The notes under the pieces are model-generated. The model did no database searches and had not been told where the DNA came from. It saw only the letters and a list, made by a program, of their open reading frames with translations. Below are positions 24,801 to 39,231 of a DNA stretch of 64,000 nt, one piece after another (the stretch's first letter is position 1; every line of letters starts with the position of its first letter). The stretch covers positions 6,510,001 through 6,574,000 of the forward strand of contig NC_043004.1 of assembly GCF_006345805.1 (NCBI RefSeq), given 5' to 3'. The stretch is from Octopus sinensis. Its lineage: Eukaryota. The position numbers and the translations under genes are program-made.

Positions 24801-27371
24801 GGCAAGAGAGACGATTGCGCTGGTATGGTCATGTGGTGAGAATGGATGAAGATAGGTGTGTGAAAAAGTGCCACACCCTGGCAGTTGAGGGGACCTGTGG
24901 AAGAGGTAGACCCAGGAAAACCTGGGTCGAGGTGGTGAAGCACGACCTTCGAACTCTAGGTCTCACCAAGGAAATGACCAGAGACCGAGGCCTATGGAAG
25001 TATGCTGTGCGTGAGAAGACCCGGCAAGACCAGTGAGAACAATCAAAATCAAATCATATATCAGAAAGCAGGGGTTAAGTGACCCATCTGTTCGTGTCCG
25101 CTGTCAGCCTCGTCTGGCACCCGTGCCGGTGATACGTAAAAGCACCATTCGCTCATGGTCGTTTGCCAGCTCTGGCCCCATGTCGGTGGCACGTAAAAGC
25201 ACCATCCGTTCGTGTTCGTTGCCAGCCTCGCCTGGCCCCGTGCCGGTGACACGTAAAAGCACAGTCCGTTCGTGGCCGTTGGCCAGCTCTGTCTGGCCCC
25301 GTAAAAGCACCATCCGTTCGTGGCCATTTGCCAGCTCTGTCTGGCCCCGTGTCGGTGGCACGTAAAAGCACCATCCGTCCGTGTCCGTTGCCAGCCTCGG
25401 CTGGCCCCCGTGCCGGTGACACGTAAAAGCACCGTCCGCTCGTGGCCGTTTGCCAGCTCTGTCTGGCAACCGTGTCGGTGGCACGTAAAAGCACCATCCA
25501 TTCGCGTCCGTTGCCAGCCTCAGCTGGCCCCCGTGCTGGTGACACGTAAAAGCACCATCCGTTCGTGGCCGTTTGCCAGCTCTGCCTGGCCCCGTGTCGG
25601 TGGCACGTAAAAGCACCATCCGTTCGTGGCCGTTTGCCAGCCTCGACTGGCCCCCGTGCCGGTGACACGTAAAAGCACCGTCCGCTCGTGGCCGTTTGCC
25701 AGCTCTGTCTGGCAACCGTGTCGGTGGCACGTAAAAGCACCATCCGTTCGCGTCCGTTACCAGCCTCGGCTGGCCCCCGTGCCGGTGACACGTAAAAGCA
25801 CCGTCCGTTCGTGGCCGGTTGCCAGCTCTGTCTGGCCCCGTGTCGGTGGCACGTAAAAGCACCATCCGTTCGTGTCCGTTGCCAGCATCGCCTGGCCCCG
25901 TGCCGGTGACACGTAAAAGCACCATCCGTTCGTGGCCGTTCGCCAGCTCTGTCTGGCACCTGTGCAGGTGGCACGTAAAAAACACCCACTACACTCGCGG
26001 AGTGGTTGGCGTTAGGAAGGGCATCCAGCCGTAGAAACACTGCCAGATCTGACTGGGCCTGACGAAGCCTTCAAGCTTCACAGACCCCAGTTGACCCGTC
26101 CAACCCATGCTAGCATGGAAAACGGACGCTAAACGATGATGATGATGATGTATATATGTATATCATGTGACCGACCAGGCTATCAGATGTTGCTACACAC
26201 CGCCAGTTACAATGCGCTTCGCACTGTTTTAGTCATCAATTGACGCCAACCTGCTAGCTAAGCGAGCAGGCCAACAGAAGAAAGAGTGAGGGAAAGTTGT
26301 GGCGAAAGAGTACAACAGGGATCCCCCCCCCCCACCACCCCATGCTGGAACCTCATGGAGCTTTAGGTGTTTTCGCTCAATAAACACTCACAATGCCTGG
26401 TCTAGGAATCGAAACCGCGATCCTACGATCAAGAGTCCACTGCGCCATTGCGTCTCTATGTATGTATGTATATAGAAATAAAGAGGTCAGATCCTGTACA
26501 CTATAGATCTCTATTGCAAGCAGACCTGGACACAATGCAGCAGTGGATCATGGACTAGCAACTCAAGCTGGCTGTGGATAAATGTACCACCAAGCATTTT
26601 AGGAGGGGAAACCCAGCAGCCACCTACTCCCTCCACAACACTAATCTCAAAAAGTCTTCGTGTGAACATGACCTGGGTGTTATTGTCAACAGTGATTTGC
26701 GTTGGACAATTGTCAAGAAGGCTGAGGGTGTCTTGGCATCACCCACCAAATCCTTTGTGAGTCGCTCTCCGACTATGTATCTGCGGCTTTATATAGCTAT
26801 GGTAAGACCTCACCTGAAATTTGCATCACCGGTCTGGAACCCCTATCTTGCCCAGGATATCAATCGTCTGGAAGCCGTTCAGCAACGTGCAACCAAAACC
26901 CTCCATCAGGCATTTGCCATATTCTGAACGCCTTACGTCCCTGGGCATGGACACATTGAAACTCTGACGTCTGGCAGCTGACTTGGCAGACACCCATAAA
27001 ATTATCAACCATCTTACAAACAATAACTCTGAGCACCTTTTCAAACTCCACCCATCTAACACCCGTGGACATATTTACAAAGTCAGAAAACAGCACAGCT
27101 CCCATGACTTTAGGAAACATTTTTTCACGCTGAGAGTTGCTGAAGCATGGAACAAACTGCCGGCATCAGTTGTTAGATGTCGGAGCACTGCATCCTTCGA
27201 AACTTCCATGCTTTCTGAGATTCGCCAACACTACACCTGATTTTCTCCCCTCCATACACATACAATGTTCGCTTTCCAGACATTTGTACATTACTGCATA
27301 TATTTTATACGCACTTTCTGACAAGTTGTGGTGCACCTGAGCACTGTATACAATAATTTCATTATTATTAT

Positions 27372-27405
<34 letters not shown>

Positions 27406-30400
27406 GCTGTAGAAACCATGTCAAAGCAGACAGCAGTGATTGATGCAGTTTTCTGATCTGCCAGTTCCAGTCGAACCACATGCCAGCAAGGGAAACTGAC
27501 ATTAAGTGACGAGATGATGACATATACACATACAATGAGCTTCCTTCAGAATTCATCTACCAAATACATTCACAAGGCTCTGGTTTATCTGGGGTTATTG
27601 TAGGAGACACCTGCCCCAGTTGCCATGCAGTTAAAAAGCAAATTTCTTACCACACAGCCACACCTGTGCTTATAGCCATACCTGTGCCTATATTGATTTT
27701 AATATTGATTTCAAATTTTGGCACAAGGCCAGAAATCTTGGGGGCAGAGGTAAGTTGATTACATCAACCCTAGTATTTAACTGGTACCTATTTTATGTGG
27801 CACCAGCACCAATGCTATTATGTGACACTGGCATGGGTGCCTTTTGCATGGCACCAGCAGAGGAGCTTCACATCAAGGATCCTAAAATCATGAAAGGTAA
27901 ACTCAACCTCAGCAGAATTTAAACTCAGAACAAAAGAGACAGACGAAATGCTAAGCAATTTACCCACCATGCTAACAACTCTACAGGCTTGCTGCTTTAT
28001 AAATTTTTAATATTAAAACATGTAAACTAGCTCTGTAATATTTGAGTTCTTTTAATCTTTAGTGAGACAATATTACCTATCAAATCAACACCTCCCGCAC
28101 TTAAACCCAACATCAGACACTGAATACAACAAAATAAGGAATTTTTTTTTTACGTACAGTTTGAGGAGTAACTGACTTCAGATATCCATGTTTTCCGGTT
28201 ATTGTTGGTAAGCAGTATGTCTGAAGAGGAAAAAAAAATTAAGGGGTTGGAAAATTTAGTCTAACAACAAAGACTTTCTCTGAACAAAATTCAACAAGAA
28301 GTGTATACAACAACTTAATCATTTACCTTTGATGCATCTCCAATTAAAGATGGATTATGTGATATTCTCTGAACAGCTGCCTTGATCTGCGCCTCTGTCT
28401 CTGAGTGAGAACGTTTTAAAATTGGGGATACCTATAAGCAAAAATCAGAAGATTACTTTCACTTGGTCACAGAAATACCACTCATGTATTACCATCATGT
28501 TCTATCCCATGAATTTTCTGTTTTATTTCTACAATAATTATTCAGTTTCAGGTATTTTAAATACTAGATTAGTTGGCTCCATTATCAAACTAGGAACAGA
28601 CATAGCTGTGTGGTTATGAAGCTTGCCTTGCAACCAGTGTCTTGTGAGTGGATTTGGAAGGAAACTATGTGGAAGCCCATTGTGTGTGTGTGTGTGCATG
28701 CGTGCATAAATATACACACACACATATATACGAGAGGATGCTGATAAGTTCTTGACTTTTGGTAAAAGAAAACACAGAAGAATCAGTTGATTATGATTGT
28801 ATTCAACACATCCCCCTCTCAGATTCACACTTATTGCAGCAGTTCTTCAGTTTTCCTAAGCCCTGTAAAAGAACTCAGACCCAATCAGGCCTTCCACAAT
28901 ATCTTTAAAACAAGGAACTTTTCAGCACCTCATGTGTGTATATGTGTATACCGTGTATACTTGTGTAAAAGTCAAACTTTTTCAACCATTCTTTAAGGTC
29001 AAATTTATGGGGTCAACTATTACACGGATACCACTTTTGAGAGGCTGAAATTCAAGCTAGAATCTGAAGTATCTATTTCATTATTACCCACAAGGGACTA
29101 AACACAGAGGGGACAAACAAGGACAGACACATGGATTAAGTCGATTACATTGACCCCAGTGCGTAACTGGTACTTAATTTATCGACCCCGAAAGGATGAA
29201 AGGCAAAGTCGACCTCGGTGGAATTTGAACTCAGAACATAACGGCAGACGAAATACCGCAAAGCATTTTGCCCGGCGTGCTTACGTTTTTGCCAGCTCAT
29301 CGCCTTTCTGAATCTGAAGTACATATCAGTAGCAGAAGCCCAACTGATCTCTAAGCGAATAAAAACACAATGAATTACAGTAATATTACCAACTAGCTGA
29401 CCCTGTGACGTCAAAAGTGACAGCTGATTGTAGTATCTTATATATAAAAATGGTACAGAAAGGTGAAAAAAACGAAACAGTGCTTCAACTGTGTTGAGTG
29501 TGTGCATATGTATACATTTATATGTTCGAGTAGCACAGTCTGTGGCAAACTCAGCTTTCTATACTTTGTCACATTGTTTGTTAGTTTGCTTGCAGTTATC
29601 AGTAAATATCCATAATGTGGTGTAGAGTTGTTAATCTGGAGCTGGGATTCCCAAAATGTGTTCTAGTTCCTTGAAAGTTATCAAGGTTTCCACGTTTTTA
29701 AAATAATGTCAAAGGATTCCGTGGCAAAAAAAGTTTGGGAAACATTGATCTAGCAATCAACTAAATGTATTTATTTCTTTATTGCCCACAAGGGGTTAAA
29801 CATAGAGGGGACAAACAAGGACAGACAAAGGAATTAAGTCGATTAGATCAACCCCAGTGCATAACTGGTACTTAATTTATCGACCCCCGAGCCTTCTTAC
29901 TGGAAGGGCAATTTTATAGCTTTACAAATATTTCATTATGTAAACTTCATTGTTGCATTTTTAATTCATGACCAATGCAGAAATTATATTGTGTGGTGAA
30001 ATAAAATTCCACCAATTGTTCAGGAGTGTTGGGCATTCATTATATACAACTAGAACACAACCACTTGTATCTCACATCTTTCATTTTTTGACCATCACAA
30101 CTTAAGTACCCCTTATGGCAATTATATCACACCAGCTAATTTCATCAAAATTCATGCAATAGTTACATTTTCATACAGATATAATTGCATTTCTTTAAAA
30201 TTTTTAGTTTCTAAAATGACTAGGAATGTATGTTGAGAAAACACTACAAGACTTTTGTAAGAGTTAAAACTATATCAAATTCTTACAAGTTATTAAAGAA
30301 TTTTAAAATTTTACCTTTCCATTTGTTGGTCTTCGCCGTTTTTGATAGACAGGTGTATTTTCATCTTTTATTCGATCACGCTTGTTTATGGAACGCCTTC

Positions 30401-33400
30401 TGATGTCGAAGGATTGTGTGCGGAATATGGATTTTGCAACACGCATAGTCTAATAAATGAGAAGAAACAGTAACAGATTAATGTACGGAAACTTACAGAT
30501 GAGAAGTAATTCAACATCCAATGATTCAGTGAATAGAACTTACAGTGCACCTGTATGAAGGTCGAAATGACAGCACAATTTACAGAGACCTGAGACAGAG
30601 CAACACAAAATTAGAAAAATTTCAGTTAAATTACAAGTGAAATTCTATTCTTATGGCTGTGTAGTTAAGAAGCTCACTTTGCAACCACAGCATTTTGAGT
30701 TCAGTCCCAATGTACATCACCATGGGTAAGTATCTTCTAGTCCCAGGTCAACCAATGCCTTGCCGGTGAATTTGGTAGATGGAAACTAGAAGCCCATTAC
30801 AAGTGTGCGTGTGTGTCTCCTCTACCCATTTGATAACCGGTATTGGTTTGCTTATGTCCCCATAACAATTTGGTAAAAGACACTGATAGAATAAGTACCA
30901 GACTTAAAAACAAAAACGAAGTTCAGGAGTGGATTTATTCAGTCAAAACCCTTTAAGGCAGTGCCTTAGCAGATCTGCAGTTCAAAGACTGAAAGAAGTA
31001 AAAGGTCTACGACAAGGAAATTGGAGATTGAACAGTTGCAAAATCAAATGCAATAATTTTTAAATGCTCGACATTTAGTTTGTAAGCCTGTGCTTTCATC
31101 AAGTCTTTCTCGACAAAATAAATTGTAATTAAACTACCACAAACTCATAGTAAAAGGACGAATCTTTTCAGCAGTGATTTCAAGTAAGGCAAGTAACAAA
31201 CTGATATTTACAATAACTTGTAAAAGAAAAATTTTCACTGACTGAATATTCATTACCTGGCCCATATTTTCCAGCAAAAAAGTTGAATTTTACAATCAAA
31301 GAAGGTATATTGACTTTTATTCTAAGATAAGTTTGGGGGACCAAAATTTCCATATGAAATGCAGCAGGATTGGGAAAGATAATGACAAGCTTTGAATGTT
31401 TACATGGTATGCATGTAGAGATCTAGCTTGACCCTGCCTAAGATTTGAAACCAAATCCACCTGCTTATTGCTTCTCAAAATGAGCGAGAAATCCTCTCCA
31501 CACCAGATGATTGATGAAGAAACACTCGACGCCCTAGGGCCTGTGCTGTCATGGAAAGGTCAGTCCTTTAATTAAGGTTTGACCTACATAACTGACCATA
31601 GTCTATATAACAGAATTTCTCATCTCTTCTTCTTATGTGTCAGCTATGACCAAGGAGCAACACGCTCTTTTGCATCAGCCATGACCAAGAGCAGCACTTT
31701 CCTCGGCCACAAGAATGACAATGCCACCTCTATCCTTTCTAGTCAGCACCATGCATTCCTTTCTCTTTCACTCTCTATTGACAGACAACCTTTTTCTACA
31801 CTATCAACTACTAACCAGCGAGCCATCCTTGTTGTTACTATCACTAGAATTGCTACAGCCTCTTTACCTGTCGGGCAAACAAATAAACATAGGTAAATAA
31901 TATTTCGTCCTTCTTGGTGTTGATTCTTTGATGTTTACTAGTACACTGACATGAGAACCTTGAAGCATTACATTTATATGCTACATTCAGTTGTGGGCTA
32001 CATCATATCAACCTGATAAGGGACAGCCCGCTACGTGAATTCAACTTGAATGCCAGAAAATATGGTGTTTTTTCAAATGGGAGGAGCCTTAATTTAGAGA
32101 TTACCAATATATTTTTTTATCCAAATTTCATGGATCTAACCCTTTAGCAATTAAACCAACCGTGTTGAGCCCAAATAGTCTACCTATGCTACCAGATCTG
32201 ACTTCTCACATTTACCTAACAAAGTCATTCTAAAAACAAACAATGACGTCTTTGAAATCTCAAAGCTACGAGATAATGCATGATTAATTCAAAGCAAGAT
32301 GGATAAATAAGTATTATGTTTGACAGAATAATCTAAATGTTAAAGGGCAGAAAGCAAACTGTGCATGTTTTCTTTCAATAGTGCAGGCAATATGAAGCAA
32401 TGAAGAACAATTTCCAATGCCAACTTTTAAACTATAATAAAATATATCATTTGTAATGTTTTATCTAAACCTGTAGAGCCTCGGTAGTCAAGTCTAACCA
32501 TGCATCTGTATACATATGTACAGGCCTGGGAAAGCTTTTTTTGAGGAAGATCAGTGTTTGTCAATGCATGCAAGCCTCTCCTCTCCATGTCACTGATGTT
32601 CATCCAAAGTAAAAGCTGCAGACTCGAACTGATGCAGCCTGGTTCCAGTGTAGTCACAAGCCTTGCTGTCGGAAGGCTTCTCACCTGACACTCCAACAGG
32701 TATTAATTCATTGCTCTGGATTTATCTTTCATCTTGTACTTGATTCAGTTGCTGAACCGTGACCATGCTACAGCACCACAAGTGATCTACTCTATTGATC
32801 TCTTTTGCAGAACCCCTAAATCATGGGTACATGTAGAAATCCACACTGATTGTCTAGCAGTGAGGGACAAAGACACAGAGTGACACTTATTGAGTCTGAA
32901 AAGATGAAGAGCAAAGTTGACCTTGGTGGGATTGGAACTCACAACAAAGAGATTCAGGACAAATATCGTGGTGTTCTGTCGAACACTAAAGACCGACAGT
33001 TTGTCACTTCCTCATTTAAAATTCGTTTTCCATGTTGGCATGGGTTGGACAGTTTGACAGAAACCAACAGGTCCAAGAAATATGTCGAGCTCCAATGTCT
33101 GATTTGGCATGGTTTCTATGGCTGGATGTCCTTCCTAACACTAACCACTTTACAGAATGGTGGGGGGGCTTTTTATATGGCACCAGCAACAGTGAGGTCA
33201 CCAATTAATTCACAAAGCAAAAGCTTTTCAACTGAGAGGTATGTTGTATTAAGGGAGCTGGCTTTATGCGAGGTGATGTGCAGTTAAAGTACATTAAAGG
33301 GACAGAAATGGGCATCTTGCAGTAAAGGAGATGCCTAAAACTCATACAAAAAGAACTGTCTTAGAATAAATGTTTTTTAGCACTTAAACACGCTGCACGC

Positions 33401-36400
33401 AGCCAAAATATTCCAACTATTATGTTCAACCCAGCCAAATCCAGCATCTCGCACCTTCTGTACAAATGTCATACTAAAAATAAGCAATAAGACGTAGGAG
33501 TGGCTGTGTGGTAAGTAGCTTGCTTACAAACCACATGGTTCTGGGTTCAGTCCCACTGTGTGGCACCTTGGGCAAGTGTCTTCTACTATAACCTTGGCCC
33601 GACCAAAGCCTTGTGAGTGGATTTGGTAGACGGAAACTGGCAGAAGCCCGTCATGTGTGTGTGTATATATGTTTGTTTGTGTGTCTGTGTTTGTCCCCCC
33701 AACATCGCTTGACAACCGATGGTGGTATATTTAAGTCTCCACAACTTAGCGGTTCAGCAAAAGAGACCGATAGAATAAGTACTAGGTATCCAAAGTATAA
33801 GTCCTGGGGGTCGATGTGCTCTACTAAAGGTGGTGCTCCAGTATGGCCACAGTCAAATGACTGAAACAAGTAAAAGAGTAAAGAGTAATCACATCACTGA
33901 AATCTCAAAGCTATCTGATAATTCACGATTAGTATGAAGCATTGTATTTGACAGAGTCATCTGAATGCTAAAGGATTAATTTTTAAAACACTTAAATATA
34001 AGCCAAGATGTATCAAAACAAAACGAAATAAAACCAGTTTTACTTACAGTTGGTGTGTCTAAGGAACTTCCATATGTGTAGCTGTTTGTGTTTTCAGCAT
34101 TCTCCAGAGCTTGTGAAGATAATGGTGCTTCAATGAGGCTTTTGATGCTGTCTGATACCGTCTATAAAGCAAAACAATTACGGTACAAGAGTTTTGCAGA
34201 AGACAGAAGAAAATATAAATGAATTAAATACCACCACAGAGCTAACCATAATTTAAACATGGATATAAGCATTACCTCTGCTGCTGTGTCCATTGTTTCC
34301 AAATGATCAGAGAAACCATCATCTCTTTCATTCTCTGGTTTTTTGGGGCTGTTATCTCGTTGCAAAAATTCAATATCCTGCAGGTAACAAATGGCACTTC
34401 ACTATTAAACAGGTTGTGGAAAATTATCAACAATGACATAAAAAAAAAACGAAAAAACAAAACGACCTAGAAGCAAAATTTCTAAAGCAAAAAAAAATGA
34501 AAGCCTAATAATTCCAACAGGCAGAATGTTTAAGCCTCGCATACCTCTTTCTTTATTAAAGGAGCGGAGAGAGAGCGATGAAATTTTCGATTGATTTGGA
34601 AGTCCAAACTGTCCTCAAACATTTTCACTTTACGTGGTGGCATTCCCAAGGGTGGCACAAACTGAAACTGGTCCTCCTATCAATGGAAGGAAGGAGAGGG
34701 AGGTCAGACTAGTGCACACACACAGCCTTACAGTTAGTAGTGACAAGTATGTCAAGCTTGGAGTGTATTCCAACTGAACAACCAAGCTAACATTAAGCCC
34801 TCATAAACACTTGTTTATTTATTTATTTTTTTTTAAATAAAAACATTTGCAATATGCTTCAAATATAATTACCTATGTAAACCAAATATTCTATAGGAAT
34901 TTCAACAGAATTCCATCCAGCTAAGTGAATAAATAAAAAATTTCAAATATAGAGTTAGTTCATCCTCAGCAACACTGAGAATATAGAATTTTCCAAACTT
35001 TGACAATTGATAAATTATAGCTAATTAAAATGTTCAAACCATATTTACATTTCAGGTTAACTTATGTCCTAAAATTAAAAAAATAAAAATTATATAAATA
35101 TCAATGAAATTCTTACATTATGTCTGCATGTATACAGGGTGGGTGAAAAGTAAGTAGGCATTAAAAGTTGGTAATAAAATCCATATTCTTTTCACAAATT
35201 TATTGAAACGAAAGTAAATCTTCCTATTTTAACATACGCACTGGTGGCATCAACCAGTTTCCTCAAACGGCAATGAATGGAATTTACAAACCTTCTGAAG
35301 GACATTGTCAGGGATATCATCGAGAACCTCCTGAATCCATGTCTCCAAGTCCTCCAGTATGCATGTTTTTGTCTTGTACACCTCCTCTTTTGTGCTACCA
35401 CACAGGTAAAAAAAAAAAAATCACATGGAGCAAAATCTGGACTTCTTGGAGTTCTGGACTCAGTCTTTGGGTTTTGGTTCCTGCACGTACTGGGGTTTCC
35501 ATGGATGAAAATTAAATTCTTTACTCAACACCGTATGTATTGTCTTATTAGTCCACTCTCACGAGCTACTTGACGAGATGAATTTTGTGGGCTGCGATTA
35601 AACATTTTCTACACTGTTGCCATGTTCTCCACTGATCAGGATCACTTCTTGCATCGTTCACAGAACTTGTGGTCATCAGCTTTGTATGACAACTGTCTCT
35701 GGACATAGTGTTTCATGCTTACCTTTCCATGGATGCCACCATCTCTGAACCAAAACAGAATTCCACACTTCAAAGTGACTGGCCATCAGGAAAATAAGAA
35801 ATCCCCATTAGTGTTGTCTGTTTAAAAAATTGTTTTCGTCATGACCTCAGTGATACTAAACATTCTATAAGCAATTTCTAATGCCTAGTTACTTTCCAAC
35901 CACCCTGTAGACATCATATCAAACAAGAGAAAATAAATAAAAGAAACATTTAACAATATAATTCCAAGAGTTTTAATTACTCACCCTTTCTTTTTCATAA
36001 CCCAAGCCACTGTCTCTTGAATTGCTATCATCTTGTTCAGTCTCCAAAGAACTACCCGCGTATTCAAGGTTTTTCACATCAAATAGTGGAGGTGTTTCAC
36101 TATTTGTAAGAGAACTCTGTTTTAACTAAAGAAATAAAAATCTAACAGTTAATTTTTGACAACAAAATTAGCCAATTTACAAAATACATATAAATGTGAC
36201 TGGAAAGAACATGTGGTAAATATGTCTTTCCGTAAAGTTGGGTTCCCAAGGCCTAGACCAATGATTCTCAACCATTTTTGCCTATGGATCCCACTGATTC
36301 CCATTTTACTCTGCTGGACCTCCATGTGACAAAAAAAATCCTATTATACTGGCACTCGTGCCCAAGGCACGTAAAAGCACCCACTACACTCTCGGAGTAG

Positions 36401-39195
36401 TTGGCATTAGGAAGAGCATCCAGCTGTAGAAACTCTGCCAGATCAGACTAGAGCCTGGTGCAACCATCTGGTTCACCAGTCCTCAGTCAAATCTCCCAAC
36501 CCATGGAAAGCGCACGTTAAACGATGATGATAATGATTGGCTATATGCTGTACTTGAGAAGATCTGTCAAGCCAAGTGAAATTGTAGTCATGGCTGATGA
36601 TGGTGTCACATAACCAGCACCGTGCTGGTTGCATGTAAGGAGCACCTTTTGAGCATTGAGCATCACGGAGGCAATGACCAAGACCTTTGGCATGATATTG
36701 TGCTTGAGAAGAAGACCCATCAAGCCAAGCAAAATCGCAGTCATGGCAGGTGCTGGTGTCACACAAATGACATGTAAAAGTACACATTACACTCTCAGAG
36801 TGGTTGGCGTTAGGAAAGACAAATCAGACTAGAGTCAGGTGTAGCTTTCCAGTTTACCAGCCCTGGTCAAACTGTCCAATCCATGCTAACATGGACAACG
36901 GACATTAAATGATGATTTTTATTATCAAATCTTAGGAATTGCATATAAAAAATTGAATACTTTGTGTATTATAGAAGTATAATCAATTTATTGCTCCTAC
37001 ACCAATCTTATATGGACCCTCAAGGGTCATGTGGATCCCAGTTGAGAACCACTGGCCTTCAAAGTCTCAGATTATTTATAATTACAGCACCCACTACACT
37101 CTCAGAGTGGTTGGCATTAGGAAGGGCATCCAGCTGTAGAAAACACTGCCAGATCAGATTGGAGCTTACTGCACCCTCCAGGCTACCCAGACCCCCCCCC
37201 CAATCAAACCGTCCAACCCATGCCAGCATGGAAAACGGACGTTAAATGATGATGATGATGATGATTGGAACCTCACTTTACACATTTAATTCATTGCTGA
37301 AACTATTTTTTTCCCCTTAAGAAATTCAAAACAAAGCACAGTGAATTCCAGCAGGGATGTGCACTGAGTGAAAGTTAGACAACAACTGCTCTCCTGCTGA
37401 TAATCTCAGTTTATTACCAACCATTGTTGCTGACATTGGAGAGTGGTTAGTGACAGGAAAGCTATCCAGCTATAGAAACCATGCCAAAGCTGATACTGGA
37501 GCTCGATGCAGCTCCGCTGCTTGCTGGATCCCATCAAACTGTCCAATCCATGTCAGCTTGGAAACATTAAATGGCCAAAAACTGATCAAATTTTCAAGGG
37601 TTTCTTTCAACATAAGTTTCGTAATGAATTTACTTTCAATGCTCAGACATGAGTGCTTTTAGCAACATCAGAAGACAAAGAAAATTAGACATAAAAAATT
37701 TACACACATATCAACAAGGGGAGGAGTTTTTAGTTCTATGTTTAATTTATAACAATGAACAACTAAATCTCCAAATCATTCTCAGCCAACATTTTTACAT
37801 CTGCATGTTTATGTTGGAATGGGTTACATGATTACTGAGGCAATATCCTGTGGTCAGATGCTCTGCCTATTATCAACCATTACTTTCCTAGTAAGGTTTT
37901 CTTCTAATCTATTAGTCTTCATACATGACAAAAACTAAAAGCAATCATTATCATCATTTGATGTCCATTATTCTATGCTTGCATGAGTCTGAGATAATCT
38001 GTTGAGGTAGCTTTTTCTATGACCAGATACCCTTCCTGTTGCCAGCCACCACACGTTTCCTTGGAAAGTAATATTTCCAGTCACCATGTTTACCGCAGAA
38101 GATTGGAAATAACATAGCTTGAATGATGATGAGACATTTACTACCATCACATGATATCAGGACAAGGATACATAAAGACACAGACACATATACATATACT
38201 ATGGGCTTCTTTCAGTTTCTATCAATCAAATCCACTCACAAAGCTTTGATCAGTTCAGGGTTATAGTAAAAGACATTTTCCCAAGCTGATGGGCAGTGGG
38301 ACTGAACCAGAGATCACGTGATTGGGAAGTAAACATCTTAACCATACACCTATGGGACGTTTACAAGACAATATGGTTACTACTTTCGCTTACACAGTGA
38401 CAGACCTAGCGAGACACACACACACACAATAAATCTCCATACAGTTTGTTGCCTCCTTAATTTCACATTCAATGTATTGGTCAGTGTGAGGCTAATGTAG
38501 AAGCCACTTGTCTGTGTAGTGGAATGTAATCCAAAGCCACATGACTGGAGTGAACTTTGACTGCACTGCACAACCTTCTTTGGGCCACTTTAAAGTGTGT
38601 GTGTGTAGGGGGGGGGAGAAGATCCACTAAATCCGGGCTGACTATGACTACAGAGCTCAGATATTAAAAACAATAAATTGAAAACAGTGTTCCAAAAGCA
38701 CTAAGAACCTATGGAACAACATTTCCAACTATTTGTAAAGATACAATAGATACACTGAAAAATGCAAAAGAAAAAAATTTTATTTTTAACAAAGCACAGG
38801 AGTGGCTGTATGGTAAGAAGTTTGCTTCCAGCGGCGAGCTGGCAGAAACGTTAGCACGCCGGGCGAAATGCTTAGCGGTATTTTGTCTGCGTTACGTTGT
38901 GAGTTCAAATTCCGCCGAGGTCGACTTTGCCTTTCATCCTTTCGGGGTCGATAAATTAAGTACCAGTTACGCACTGGGGTCGATGTAATCGACTTAATAC
39001 CTATGTCTGTCCTTGTTTGTCCCCTTGTAGGTAATAAAGAAATAGGTAAGAAGTTTGCTTCCCAATTACATAGTTCCAGGTTCAGACCCACTGCATGGCA
39101 CCTTGGGCAAATGTCTTCTATAGATTTGGGCCAACCAAAGCCTTGTGAGTGGATTTGGTAGACAGAAACTGAAAGAAGCCCGTTGAGTATGTGTG

Positions 39196-39231
<36 letters not shown>

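Noticed and set aside
25033-26040. Long ORFs (about 293 aa) on several frames, and a CRISPR-like look
   Set aside because: Produced by the stop-poor 60-bp tandem array; no unique spacers and no cas genes.
32008-32050. CTGATAA-GGG acag CCC-GCTAC hammerhead-like motif (+)
   Set aside because: Three core bases are wrong and there is no UH triplet in register.
32427-32696. 89-aa minus-strand ORF inside a Cdc25 intron
   Set aside because: No recognisable domain or good donor; not needed for the Cdc25 frame.
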